From assembly GCF_006345805.1 (NCBI RefSeq), contig NC_042997.1, positions 166,532,001-166,596,000 on the forward strand: a DNA stretch of 64,000 bases, given 5' to 3'. The notes beneath the pieces are model-generated. The model had not been told where the DNA came from. It was given only the letters and a program-made list of their open reading frames with translations, and made no database searches. This DNA comes from Octopus sinensis. Lineage: Eukaryota. Of the stretch, positions 12,850 through 24,872 are shown in pieces; position 1 is the first letter of the stretch; the number at the start of each line of letters is the position of its first letter. The position numbers and the translations under genes are program-made.

Positions 12850-13354
12850 TACCGTAAATCCTCGAGTATAATACGCAGGGGATTTTTAGGGAGGTGTACC
12901 GCTGAAAAACCTAAACCTTGTGTATAATACGCACCCCTTCTCTAACTTCACTCAAGGAGGTCTATATAACGTCCTTGGTTTGTAAAAATGTATACGGTAA
13001 CGTCCTTTATTATTATTGTATATATAACGATGCAAACGTGTAGCTTTTTTGTGCATTTTGTTTGCAGAAAATAAAGAAATAACAGTTGTAACAGTAATAA
13101 TGTTTAATAAATGTTGCTTACTGCAAGTTATGGATGATTCTTTTGTGGCTTCATTGCTTTCAGGCTTAGCTTAAGCTATTTTTGCGACCGACATCACAAA
13201 ATGCGTCTGAATAAACATTGCCGGACAACAAATAGAGACTCGGTCATTACTTAGAAAATGATTTTCATTTTTAACCTCGTATATAGTACGTACTAGGGAT
13301 TTTGACCTTTAAATTTTGGGGAAAAATGTGGATTATACTCCAGGATTTACGGTA
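12850..13354 (+). mobile_element. Tc1/mariner-pogo-type MITE, copy 1
   Basis: TA|CCGTAAATCC...GGATTTACGG|TA terminal inverted repeats with a TA duplication. Confidence 0.85.
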
Positions 13355-13863
13355 TATCAGTGAAAGATGCTTGAGTCAAAGAGAAATCCGAAAAATTGTA
13401 GTCGTTTGAACGAAGTCTCTTGTGATATGTATTCTGCACCGCGTTATACAGATATTCTCTTTGTACATCAAAAATGATAACTAGCAATAGGCTTGCCAGA
13501 AACGTACACCATTGACGTTATTGTTCAACGACTGTGATGTAAAGGAAAAAATAAAATTAAAAATCCGAGGTGGTGACTCATTAAAGATGTTGAGAAGAGG
13601 AAAAAGTATAACGCGCGCGCGTGTGTGTTTGTGCGCGTCTAAGTGGTTCACAACAAATGAGTTTAGAAGAAAAGGAGCATTTGTTCTATCAACGGAAGAG
13701 ACAAGAGCGCGAAGGATACGAAGAGAAAATGGTGTACAGAAGACGAAATATAGAAGACAGACAAATGGAGAGTGGGAGACAAAATGTTACTAAATAATAA
13801 TAGCAGTAGTGATTCCGCTGAGGTTGATTTTGCCTTTCATCCTTTTGGGGTCGATAAAATAAG

Positions 13864-14372
13864 TACCGTAAATCCGCATTTTCCCCACAAAATTTAAAGG
13901 TCAAAATCCCTAGTGCATACTATATACGAAGTTAAAAATGAAAATTATTTTCTAAGCAATGTCTGAGTCTCTATTTGCTATCTGGCAATGTTTATTCAGA
14001 CGCATTTTGTGATGTCGGTCGCGAAAATACCTTAAGCTAAGCCTAAAAGCAATGAAGTCATAAAAGAATCACCCATAACTTGCACTAAGCAACATTTATT
14101 AAACGTTATTACTGTTATTACTTTTTATTTCTTTATTTTCTGAAACAAAATGCACAAAAAACTACGTTTGCATTATGTTATATATACAATAATAATAAAG
14201 GACGTTACCGTATACATTTTTACAAACCAAGGGCGTTATATAGACCTCCTTGACTCATGTTAAAGAAGGGGTGCGTATTATACACAAGGTTTAGGTTTTT
14301 CAGAAGTACAGCCCCCTAAAAAAACCCTGCGTATTATACTCAAGGGCGGACTATACTCAAGGATTTACGGTA
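13864..14372 (-). mobile_element. Same MITE, copy 2, inverted and nested in a family-A SINE
   Basis: Reverse complement of copy 1; interrupts the SINE sequence ...gataaaataagTA | TActagttgagcag... with the TA duplicated. Confidence 0.85.
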
Positions 14373-14454
14373 CTAGTTGAGCAGTGAGGTTGATGTAATC
14401 GACTAGCCCATCCTCCCGTCACCTGAAATTACTGGCCTTGTACCGGAATATGAA

Positions 14455-14578
<124 letters not shown>

Positions 14579-15001
14579 AATATATATACTGATCAAATGC
14601 AGAGATAAAGAGATTGAGATGTTTGTATATAGCGAATATGCACGCAAGAAAAAATTCGAAAATAGGAAAGAGATGGTGAGATATAATGAAACAAAAAAAA
14701 AAAAAGAAAGAAAAAATGAAATGAAATGAGGAAATAGATAAAGAAAAAAATAAAGAAAGTGAAAGATTGAAATAGAAGGAGATAAAATATGAATGAACAC
14801 AGTTTTCTGTGAGATAAGATGGTAACGTCACATGTATGTAAGTTATTTATATGTTTGCAGCACGGAAACTGTATCATTGTTGGGTGATATATTTACTCTT
14901 TGAATTATGTGGTGGTATCTTTAACGAGGGCTATGATACGGAGTAAACAAACCCATCAACCACTCAGGCAATACTTATATCCATCTAACACACGCACACG
15001 C

Positions 15002-15065
<64 letters not shown>

Positions 15066-15175
15066 CTGTATCAGCTGTTAGCAACACTTCTGACTTGATG
15101 CGACATTGAACTCGTTGTCATTCATTTGTCAATCTCATGTTTTCAAGGGTCGAACTTACCTAATAAATTACGTAA

Positions 15176-15554
15176 TTACCTCTGCCTTGACGAAGGCAGG
15201 GGTGTTGTTTTCAGTCGTATTTGTTTGTTTGTCTGTCTGTCCGTGGACAGGATATCTCAAGAACCGCTGGATAGATGGATTCGGATGAAACTTTCAGGGA
15301 TGTTTGGCCTCGTGACTGGCACGAACTGATTAGATTTGGGGATCAATCCAGTACTGGACAAGGATTCTGGATTATTTTTCCTGTTTCTTTTACTTAACCT
15401 TTGAGAGCGGTCGGGTTCATTTTCAGTATTCTCGTTTGTGAGAGCAGTCGAGTTTATTTCAGATATTCTCATTTTAAAAATCATCTCTGGCTAATTGTTG
15501 AGAGAACGTTGGTTTTGCTTTGGCAGAGGTTTGCACTCTCTGAGTACTCTTGTT
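15176..15554 (+). mobile_element. Helentron-associated non-autonomous element (HINE/DINE-like)
   Basis: Subterminal inverted repeats ttacctctgcc...ggcagaggt, 5' hairpin ctgcc-ttgacgaa-ggcag, short gttt/gtct repeat, 3' stem-loop. Confidence 0.6.
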
Positions 15555-15572
15555 ATTTATTGATTTAACTGA

Positions 15573-15981
15573 GGCGCAGGAGTGGCTGTGTGGTAAGTAG
15601 CTTGCTAACCAACCACATGGTTCCGGGTTCAGTCCCACTGCGTGGCATCTTGGGCAAGTGTCTTCTGCTATAGCCTCGGGCCGACCAATGCCTTGTGAGT
15701 GGATTTGGTAGACGGAAACTGAAAGAAGCCTGTCGTATATATGTATATATATATAAGTGTGTGTGTATATGTTTGTGTGTCTGTGTTTGTCCCTCTAGCA
15801 TTGCTTGACAACCGATGCTGGTGTGTTTACGTGCACGTCACTTAGCGGTTCGGCAAAAGAGACCGATAGAATAAGTACTGGGCTTACAAAGAATAAGTCC
15901 CGGGGTCGATTTTCGACTAAAGGCGGTGCTCCAGCATGGCCGCAGTCAAATGACTGAAACAAGTAAAAGAGTAAAGAGTAA
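15573..15981 (+). mobile_element. Family-B SINE, full length
   Basis: GGCGCAGGAGTGGCTGTGTGG head to gtaaaagagtaaagag tail. Confidence 0.92.
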
Positions 15982-16475
15982 AACGTTTCGCCCAGTCGTA
16001 ATTTCGAGTTTATGGTCCTGCAGTGTTTGTCAATGAATTCATAACGGATATAAAAGCTGCACACTCGGCTACCTTCATGCCGTTGAACATTTCAAATGTG
16101 AAACGTAGAAGTTTGGGTACAAATAGGGAAGTACCTGGGTTAAACTTAAGTTACTAGAACCAGGACCTCTCTTTTATCAAACCAAGGCAACTGAAACCTT
16201 TGTATCAAGAGCAAGCTCATTGTACCACCGACCACACTTGTTCTCCTGAACATACTCATAGTTGTTTCTAAATATGAAGGACAAGGCAACTATATTCTCA
16301 GCAGCACTCTACTATATTTATGATTGCCAAATTGTTACTTGGTTGCTCAAGAATAAACTTTACAAGACACATTTTTAGTTGGGTGCATGCTGGAATAAAG
16401 TAGATTACCTGAAGCTAGTTTAAAGCGATAGTATCAAAAATATTATTATGTATGAATACTAAGATTGAAAGCAAT

Positions 16476-16542
<67 letters not shown>

Positions 16543-16614
16543 TTAAAAAGTAAACAAATGATAAACAGACGCTATATGGGTTCTATCAGAGGAAAGTAGT
16601 CTGATACTCTTTCT

Positions 16615-17051
16615 CTCTCTCTCTTTACTCTTTTACTGGTTTCAAGTCATGTGACTGTGGCCATGCTGGAGCACCGCCTCTAGTCGAGCAAATCGACCCC
16701 AGGACTTATTCTTTGTAAGCCTAGTACTTATCCTATCGGTCTCTTTTGTCGAACCGCTAAGTTACGGGGACGTAAACACACCACCATCGGTTGTCAAGCG
16801 ATGTTGGGGGGACAAACACAAACACACAAACACATACACACACATATATATACATATACATATATACATATACATATATACATATATACGACGGGCTTCT
16901 TTCAGTTTCCGTCTACCAAATCCACTCACAAGGCTTTGGTCAGCCCGAGGCTATAGTAGAAGATACTTGCCCAAGGTGCCACGCAGTGGGACTGAACTCG
17001 GAACCATGTGGTTGGTAAGCAAGCTACTTACCACACAGCCACTCCTACGCC
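16615..17051 (-). mobile_element. Family-B SINE, full length, inverted relative to 15573-15981
   Basis: Reverse complement of the family-B sequence. Confidence 0.92.
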
Positions 17052-17416
17052 TATAGTATATTATCATACTGAAATGCAGAGCTAAATCATACACTAATAT
17101 AGTGTTTATGAAGTGTTATTACGTTAGGTCTGAGTAATAATTTCAAGCTTACGAGTAAAGTCTGAAGTACAAGGTTTAATGTAAAAATGTATTGGTTAAA
17201 CATTTTTAGGCTTATAGACAACAGTTGAAGGCGGGTAACTGTGTATTGCAATTCAATGCTGGTGAGTAGACATTCACAGACACTAAAAATAAGGTGGAGA
17301 CTACTTTGGGGCTGAGACTACGTAGGCACACATCCAGTAGTATACTGGATATTTAATATCTCTCAGATGGTTTCTTAACCTCTAACTCATACAGTCACAC
17401 ACACACGCGCACGCAC

Positions 17417-17475
<59 letters not shown>

Positions 17476-17599
17476 CACGTGTATGTATGTATGTATGTAT
17501 ATATATATATATATAGGCAAATTTGTTCGTGAAAATGCACCTAAATTTGAAAAACTAGTTTCAACAATATTTTTTTGTTTATCAATGGTAAAAATTGTG

Positions 17600-17656
17600 A
17601 CCAAGGTGGATAATGATGAGCTGGAAACTGTAGTCAAAGCGGATAGATCTCAAACT
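17600..17656 (+). mobile_element. Short mariner transposase fragment
   Basis: TKVDNDELETVVKADRSQT resembles the mariner HTH-linker region. Confidence 0.45.
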
Positions 17657-18726
17657 TTACCTTTCAACATTTCAGAGTCGATAGAATAAGTACCAGTTAC
17701 GTACTGGTATCTATTTAATTGACTTTTCCGCTACTCCAAACATGCTGGCTGGCTGGCTTTGTGCCAAATTTGAAATCAATATTTAGAATTTCTGATGAAC
17801 TCACCTGTCTTTTGGGGAAAGAGATATAAGTATCTTTTGTAAATTTATTCCTTATACTCCCCCATCTTAACTGATTTCTATAACTAAACGTAACTAAAAT
17901 GGCATTATCTTTAATTGAATACTATTGATACAAATTCAATTTTCTTTTAAGTATATATAAAAAATAGCTCTATCGAAGAGATTTGAATGGAAACACGCGT
18001 GCGGTTTTATAAAATAACTCTTTAAATACACACAGAGTATAACAATCTTATTGATATTCGATTTTTAACTTATAGCAAAAGTTATCTAGCCGTCCTTGTG
18101 GGATTTCCGCTGTTAGTTTGCAAAGTATAAGAATATTGGAAGTTAATAACGAACTCCGAAACAAGTATCTAAAGAGTTTATTTTGAGAATAGTCAATATA
18201 GGTAGTAATAATGGTAAAGCCTTTGGACAGAACGTCTTTGGAAACTACAATCTTTGTTGTACACATAATCTTTTCTATCTTGAGAGCTATTATTTATTAT
18301 TTTATCTTTCCGTAAAGAAGAGAATGCACTCTTGAAAGAGCTACATATAATTGTCTATGATTAAAATTTTTGAAAATAAGTTGATAGTTTTTAGGAAATT
18401 CGTTAAACAATGTTACCTATGGAACAAAATCGAAGACAGGACCTAGATTTGGTATTATTCTGCCACAACATGTAGATTATAGTTTAACAAATCTTAATGC
18501 GTTTTGCTGCAGCCTTATTTTCATATCAGAGAAACAAAAAAATGCTTTTAGGTGGGCCAAATGATAAAGTACAGTAGCTACTCCACAGAACTGTGGATTC
18601 TAAAAAAAAAAAAATATATATATGTCGCATTTTATTTATAATATTAATTTATCAGTTAGTTGTCATATCAATAAGCAAAATATCTTATAACAATTCTGTT
18701 CGTCATTGCGTTACTTACTCGTCGAT

Positions 18727-18990
18727 AATGCTTTCACGTGATTAGAGAAAAAGAGGGAGAAGGAAAAGAGGGAAAGAGAAAAAGAGGGAGGGGGAAAAGG
18801 AGGGAGAAAAAGGGGAGAGAGAAGCATCCATGACGTGAGGTAGAGGGAATGCAATTGTAATGCTTTCATGTGATTAGTTGAAGGGAAAGAGAGCAGAGGG
18901 AAAAAGGAGAGAGAAAAGAGGATAAGGCGAAGAGTGAGGCTGAAAGAGGGAGAAAGAAGCGTCCATGACATGAGGTAGGGGGAACGTAAT
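18727..18990. repeat. Purine-rich 132-bp tandem duplication (2 units)
   Basis: aatgctttca(c/t)gtgattag at 18727 and 18859; agaagc(a/g)tccatgac(g/a)tgaggtag in both units. Confidence 0.75.
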
Positions 18991-19738
18991 ATTTGTTACG
19001 TGGTTAAAAAAGTTAGTTGAAGGTAGAGGAGGAGAGTTAAAAATATAATTTTAGCAGAGGGGTGATGTTCTGATGGTGAGGTTAAAGAAAGGCAGAGAGA
19101 GGATAGAGAGAAAGAGGGGGGAAAGAAATGATGATGATGATGATGTATTGGAGGTGGAGGGGTGGTGAGTAAATAATGAAAAGTGTATTTTTTAATTGAA
19201 TTAAGTTTTTTTATATCGCCTATTACTTAACGCATGCGCACAAGTGCAATTCCGTGAAATATGCTTATTTATGGCAGATATATGCAATTTAACTAACGGT
19301 TATATCATATGTATGGGCTATTTTTTGTTTATGCGAAAAAATGGAAAAATAAGAGTGAATATTTATTTTATGAGTGCTGAGTATTGTCTATAAAATTGTG
19401 CATAAAATATATAAAGTGAATATATAAAAATATAAAGTGCATTAAGTAATCATCGTATTCTAGTTTCTTTCTCTTTTTAATGAGTAGTAGATGAGCGACT
19501 CTTTTTCCATACAGACGCAACGAGGGCTACGCTTTCAGGTTTTTTGGATAAAGTTTTCAGAAATAACCCAATAGGTTTATCATTAATTCCGTGAAAAATT
19601 CACAGGTCCCGCTAGTTATAAATAATGTATCAATAATAGATTGTTTTCAATTTCAACCTATGGTTTATCATCCAATTTTTAAGAAATAATAGAAAAGTTG
19701 CTTGTATAAAAGGTTGTGCTTTCGATTTCATTTCACAG

Positions 19739-19810
19739 GGCTTGTTTAAAGCGTTACGCGTATTGACATTAAAAGGATAACAGATTAAAACCAACTTGCC
19801 TACACAACAG
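19739..19810 (+). other. Candidate non-coding 5' UTR exon of the GPCR
   Basis: Polypyrimidine tract + CAG acceptor at 19736-19738 and CAG|GTAAAC donor at 19811; no ATG; unique sequence. The GPCR ATG exon begins at an acceptor, so an upstream exon is implied. Confidence 0.3.
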
Positions 19811-20766
19811 GTAAACGAATCTGGATGTGACGGAATTCGAACTGAAAATTCACTGAACGTATCTAGCTACCGTACATTTTCTAGTCTAGTACCCTTCTGT
19901 CTACTAACCACCGCGCAACCCACGTTTGTGCAGGTTTCATTAATTTGACCATTTAAAACAATATATCTTCCACTCATTTTATCGAATACTAAAAAGGTGT
20001 TATGCTGTATCATAAAATTATCAACGATATCCTGTTTCAACCCATCTATTATACATTGTGATGTGTCTAGATTATCGTGGTAATGTCATAAGGATGAAAT
20101 TGTACAGAAAACCTTATATTAAATTTTCTTTCTCTTCAAAAACTATTTGAATGTAACTGTCCGTTTGCTATTATAGCATATCAATTGTATTATTATCAAT
20201 TAATTAAACAAATGAATATTTACTTGAATGTTTAAAGGTTTGTTTTAAAGGCCGAAACCTTAATAAAATTGATAAAGCAAGCATTATCGGCCTTAAAAAT
20301 ATTTTCGATTTCAGTGGCTTTTGTAAAACTGTTTATGTGAGAAACATATATAATATATTAGCAATATTGAATCTTCGTACATTTGATGGATGGGATCATT
20401 ATTGGCACATGGAATGCATGTCTGAGGTGGTTGCAATTGTCCGTGAACGTCTTTTATAAACCAGCATAATTCCAATTGATTTTGGATCTGTGTGTTTGCT
20501 TTAGACAATTGTTATTTTTAATTCAAGGGTGTCTGCTATTTAGACACAAACTTCTAAGACTATATTATCTAATGTACTCCTCCTTCAAATCTACCTCAAA
20601 TCACATTGTAATATGTAGTATGAAGGAGATTTGGCTACCATTTCCAAGAAGTTGGGTGAATGTGTGTAGGCTCTCGTGTTGGTTCATCTAAAACAGTTTT
20701 TACGGCCTCTAAATTTAAATGCATTTATTTCATCTACTTCATTTATTTTTATCGTTTTCTTTCCAG

Positions 20767-21044
20767 ATGTATGGTAATATGACGTTCAATGATTCAGTTG
20801 GTTCCTTGCAGGCATCTCTCACTTTGGCTGAACTAAATGACTTGGAAGCACAAAAATATCTGTTGGTTATAATATTTGTAGCACTGTTAATGTTAGTGGG
20901 CACACCTGGAAACATCCTGGTTCTTTATATATATCGAGGTCGTTTCAAACGTGTCTCTACATCGAACTATTTTATTGAAGCGCTAGCTATCTTTGATCTA
21001 ATTGCTTGCATGATTGGAATGCCAACAGAAGTGTATGATTTGAG
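20767..21044 (+). CDS. Class A GPCR, coding exon 1 (N-terminus, TM1-TM2)
   Basis: ttccag|ATG; MYGNMTFNDS (two N-glycosylation sequons), TM1 ...GTPGNILV, TM2 LAIFD; donor AG|GTAAGT, phase 2. Confidence 0.93.
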
Positions 21045-21630
21045 GTAAGTGTATAAGTCTTATATAAACTACACAAACACATAACATATATTCGCATTCA
21101 GAGAATTATTAAGAATTGTGAAAAACTATCTTAATGCTAGATCAGAAATCTTTACTAATGTCACCACTTCGACAAGTACCTTATATAGAAACAAAACCCC
21201 CTATTAATCAGGAACAATCACATTTTATGCAATTCTCTTTTCAGTTATATATCACTCCTTCGACTAGAATTTAAAGCCCTAAAGTAACACAGTTTTTGAT
21301 ACCTTATACTTCAATTTGATAATTTCCCACACTCATTTCTTATAACAGTCTTTACTTTCACTCCTTCATTGGTCATATTTTTTAAAAAAATCCTTCGTTA
21401 AACAGCTACAAAAGAGAAATGACCCACCCGACATTATATACACAAGTAATGGACCGTTACAACTTTTTAACCACACGATGTAACACCCAAAACAGCTTTA
21501 TTATATGTGTCACAGAAATTTTATACGAGTTAGTTTGTCGCCTGCTGATAAATTGATGTAAACTGATATGAATCGTTCAGCTACAACGTATTATCATCAC
21601 TAACGAATTATATATACATATATATATATA

Positions 21631-21740
21631 TAGTTAATCCAAACAAGAAAACACAGAAAAAAAGAGAAAAAAAGTGAAAAAAACACAGCAACGCAGGACG
21701 TGGAACAATTAAAGTATTATTGACGCTCAGGAAAGAAGGG

Positions 21741-21742
<2 letters not shown>
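21631..21742 (-). mobile_element. Truncated copy of the hammerhead-bearing repeat family P (ribozyme part missing)
   Basis: Homologous to 47230-47331 and 55212-55310. Confidence 0.75.
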
Positions 21743-21810
<68 letters not shown>

Positions 21811-21830
21811 CATACATAAATACATATATA

Positions 21831-21923
21831 TTTTCTCTCCTTCCTGAGCGTCCAATAACACTGTTCTTATTCCACGTCCTTGCGTTGTTGTTTTTTCTTG
21901 CTTGTTCATGTTTGGATTAACTA
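21831..21923 (+). mobile_element. Truncated family-P copy, inverted relative to 21631-21742
   Basis: ttcctgagcgtccaataacact...catgtttggattaacta. Confidence 0.75.
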
Positions 21924-21956
21924 TATATAATATATATATATTATATATATATATAT

Positions 21957-22364
21957 GAGTGGCTGTGTGGTAAGTATCTTGCTTACCAATCACATTGTTC
22001 CAGCTTCAGTCCCACTGCGTGACACGTTGGGCAAGTGTCTTCTACTATAGCCTCAGGCCGACCAAAGCCCTGTGAGTGGATTTGGTAGACGGAAACTGAA
22101 AAGATGCCCGTCGTATATATGTATATATGTATATATGTATATACATGTGTGTGTGTTTGTGTGTCAGTGTTTGTCCCCCAACATCGCTCGACAACCGATG
22201 CTGGTGTGTTTATGTCCCCCGTAACTTAACAGTTCGGCAAAAGAGACCGATAGAATAAGTACTAGGCTTACAAAGAATAAGTCCTGGGGTCGATTTGCTC
22301 GACTAAAGGTGGTGCTCCAGCATGGCCGCAGTCAAATGACTGAAGCAAGTAAAAAAGTAAAAGA
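21957..22364 (+). mobile_element. Family-B SINE in the GPCR intron
   Basis: Matches the family-B sequence. Confidence 0.92.
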
Positions 22365-22560
22365 GGGAGTATATCATGTGTAATGTGTATGTAAGTTTGA
22401 ACATGAATATAACAAAAAAATAATGTTATGAAACAGAAACGAAGAGTTAAACAATGAGAAAGTAAAATAATGAGACGTTTGAAAAAGAGCACTGAGAGAT
22501 GATATTTACAAGAGTTGACACATCACATATATCATAAAGCACAATGAAATCATCACAGCA

Positions 22561-22655
22561 CGGCACCTTGGGTACGTGTCTTCTGTTTATAGCTGGGGAC
22601 CGATCAATGCCTTGCGAGAGAATTTGGTAGACAGAAGCCGTCTGGAAGCCTTTCG

Positions 22656-22687
<32 letters not shown>

Positions 22688-22757
22688 TGTATGTATGTAT
22701 GTATGTATGTATGTATGTATGTATGTATGTATGTATGTATGTATGCATGTATGTATG

Positions 22758-22788
<31 letters not shown>

Positions 22789-22944
22789 GCGTGTGTATGT
22801 GTGTGTGTATGGATGGATGAATGTGTGTGTGTGTGTGTATGTATGAATGAATGTATGTATGAATGTGTGCGTATGTATGTATGTATGTATGTATGTATGT
22901 ATGTATGTGTGTATGTATGTGTGTGTATGTGTGTATGTGCGCGC

Positions 22945-22975
<31 letters not shown>

Positions 22976-23195
22976 GGTGTATTTACACCTTACACCGCTT
23001 GACAACCGGCTTTGTTTTTTTTCACGTCCCCATAACTTAACAGTCGGTCTAAGGGACCGATAGAATGATAGAATAAGTACTAAACTAAAAAAAGAAAAAA
23101 CAAACACTGGGGTTAAATTTTTCGACTAACCCTTTCAAGGCGATGAGCCAGCATTGCTGCAGTCCAATGCCTGAAACAAGTAAAAGATTGAAAGA
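22561..23195 (+). mobile_element. Diverged family-B SINE with a greatly expanded internal (TATG)n/(TG)n
   Basis: ggcaccttgggtacgtgtcttc core; microsatellite 22657-22975; tail gaaacaagtaaaaga. Confidence 0.75.
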
Positions 23196-23219
23196 TAGAA
23201 TTCACAAACACACACACGC

Positions 23220-23311
<92 letters not shown>

Positions 23312-23367
23312 TACCTATGTGTGTGTGTATATATGTATATGTGTGTATATATGTGTGTGTGTAAGAG

Positions 23368-23429
<62 letters not shown>

Positions 23430-24569
23430 GAAAGAAATACGAGGGAGAGAGAAAGGCGGAAATGGTTGTATGGCAGTGAGAAAATATAGCAATAAATAGA
23501 ATAAGAAAATGAATATGAAGAAAGAGTAATGATATGTTATAGAACTCGGAGAGAGAAGCAAATGAGGTAAACGTCGCAAGAGTACGCAGAGAAGTGTTAT
23601 TAACTAGATTCAACATGTCGCATTATTATGAAGCACAATATGTTCTTGACAAGTGTTGATTTCATTCTGACAAACGCTTTTTAGTAAACATATTTCAGAC
23701 ATTCAGATTACATATCAGGATATCTAATAGTGATATTCATTCACTCAATATTTGGTAAATGTTTATATCGTGTTTTATATTCCAAGATTATATTATATTT
23801 CTGTGTTCCCATGTACAGGGAAATTATTATATAATTCGTGTAGATTCTAAAACACAATATCCCATATGGTTATTATATTATGATGCTGTGGGTGAATTTT
23901 TGACGTGATTGCCATTCTCAGTCGTAAAGTTATCACAAATTCTATCAATATCTTAAAAAATGAGCATCAACATCACAACTCATCAAACATAGTGCTTTTC
24001 TCTGAAACCACTACATTTGATCACGACCGCTCAAATAAGTGACGATTCTACTTGTCCGAATGAGAAAAATGAATATTCTTTGATATGGTTCAGCGCGGCC
24101 TTTTCCCGTGTAGTAGTAACTTTATTCTTGATCGATTTATTATTAATGCTATATTATTTAAATATTTTACATTTAGAGACGTAATTGTATGTAAATCAAT
24201 CAAACTTTTGATATTTTACTCTCTTTAGTTTTAATATTAGTCTTAGCCTCACATTCAGTATTGCTATACATGTTTTTTGTGAGTTGTAGCGTTAGACATA
24301 GTTTCTAAGTCGATAGAAATAAAAAAAAAATCTGTAAGGTGTGTGTGTGTGTGTGTGTGTGTGTGGGGGGGGGTTCTTTATGCTGTCTCTTGGCCCGCTC
24401 AAAATAGAAGCCAAATATTCTTCATATCACAGACTTTAGTGTTAGAAAAAAGGACACATTGGTTAATGTAGTCCCGGATGCGTTGTGGTCAGGAAAAAGG
24501 AGACGGCTCGTCTGCTATGCCTTTGATCATAAGTATATTTGATTAGGGCTTTTAGCTAAACAGCTATTC

Positions 24570-24695
24570 CGCCGCCGCCGCCACAACCACTACTATCACC
24601 ACCACCACCACCACCACCACCACCATCACCGCTGCCGTTGCCTCTGCCATCACAAACGCCGCTGCCACCACCGCCACTACCACCAACACCACCAC
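24570..24695. repeat. (GCC)n/(ACC)n trinucleotide array near the intron 3' end
   Basis: Direct reading. Confidence 0.9.
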
Positions 24696-24872
24696 TTTAT
24701 TCTTGCTATTTAAACAAGTAATGTGAGATATGGATGATGTCAATATATTCTTTGTAGTTCAATGCCATTCATCATTGCCAAGTAAATATTACAGAAACAT
24801 TAATTTGTCAAGTCCTAAATTTTGTTTATCATTTCTCATCACGTTACTTACTTGTTCTCACTTCCTTTGCAG

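Noticed and set aside
20719-20766. Upstream in-frame ATG (MHLFHLL...)
   Set aside because: It lies in the polypyrimidine tract of the acceptor; the ATG at 20767 gives a typical glycosylated N-terminus.
24730-24872. N-terminal 48 aa of the 355-aa ORF
   Set aside because: Intronic read-through: it lacks TM1-TM2, and a strong acceptor at 24872 joins in frame to exon 20767-21044.
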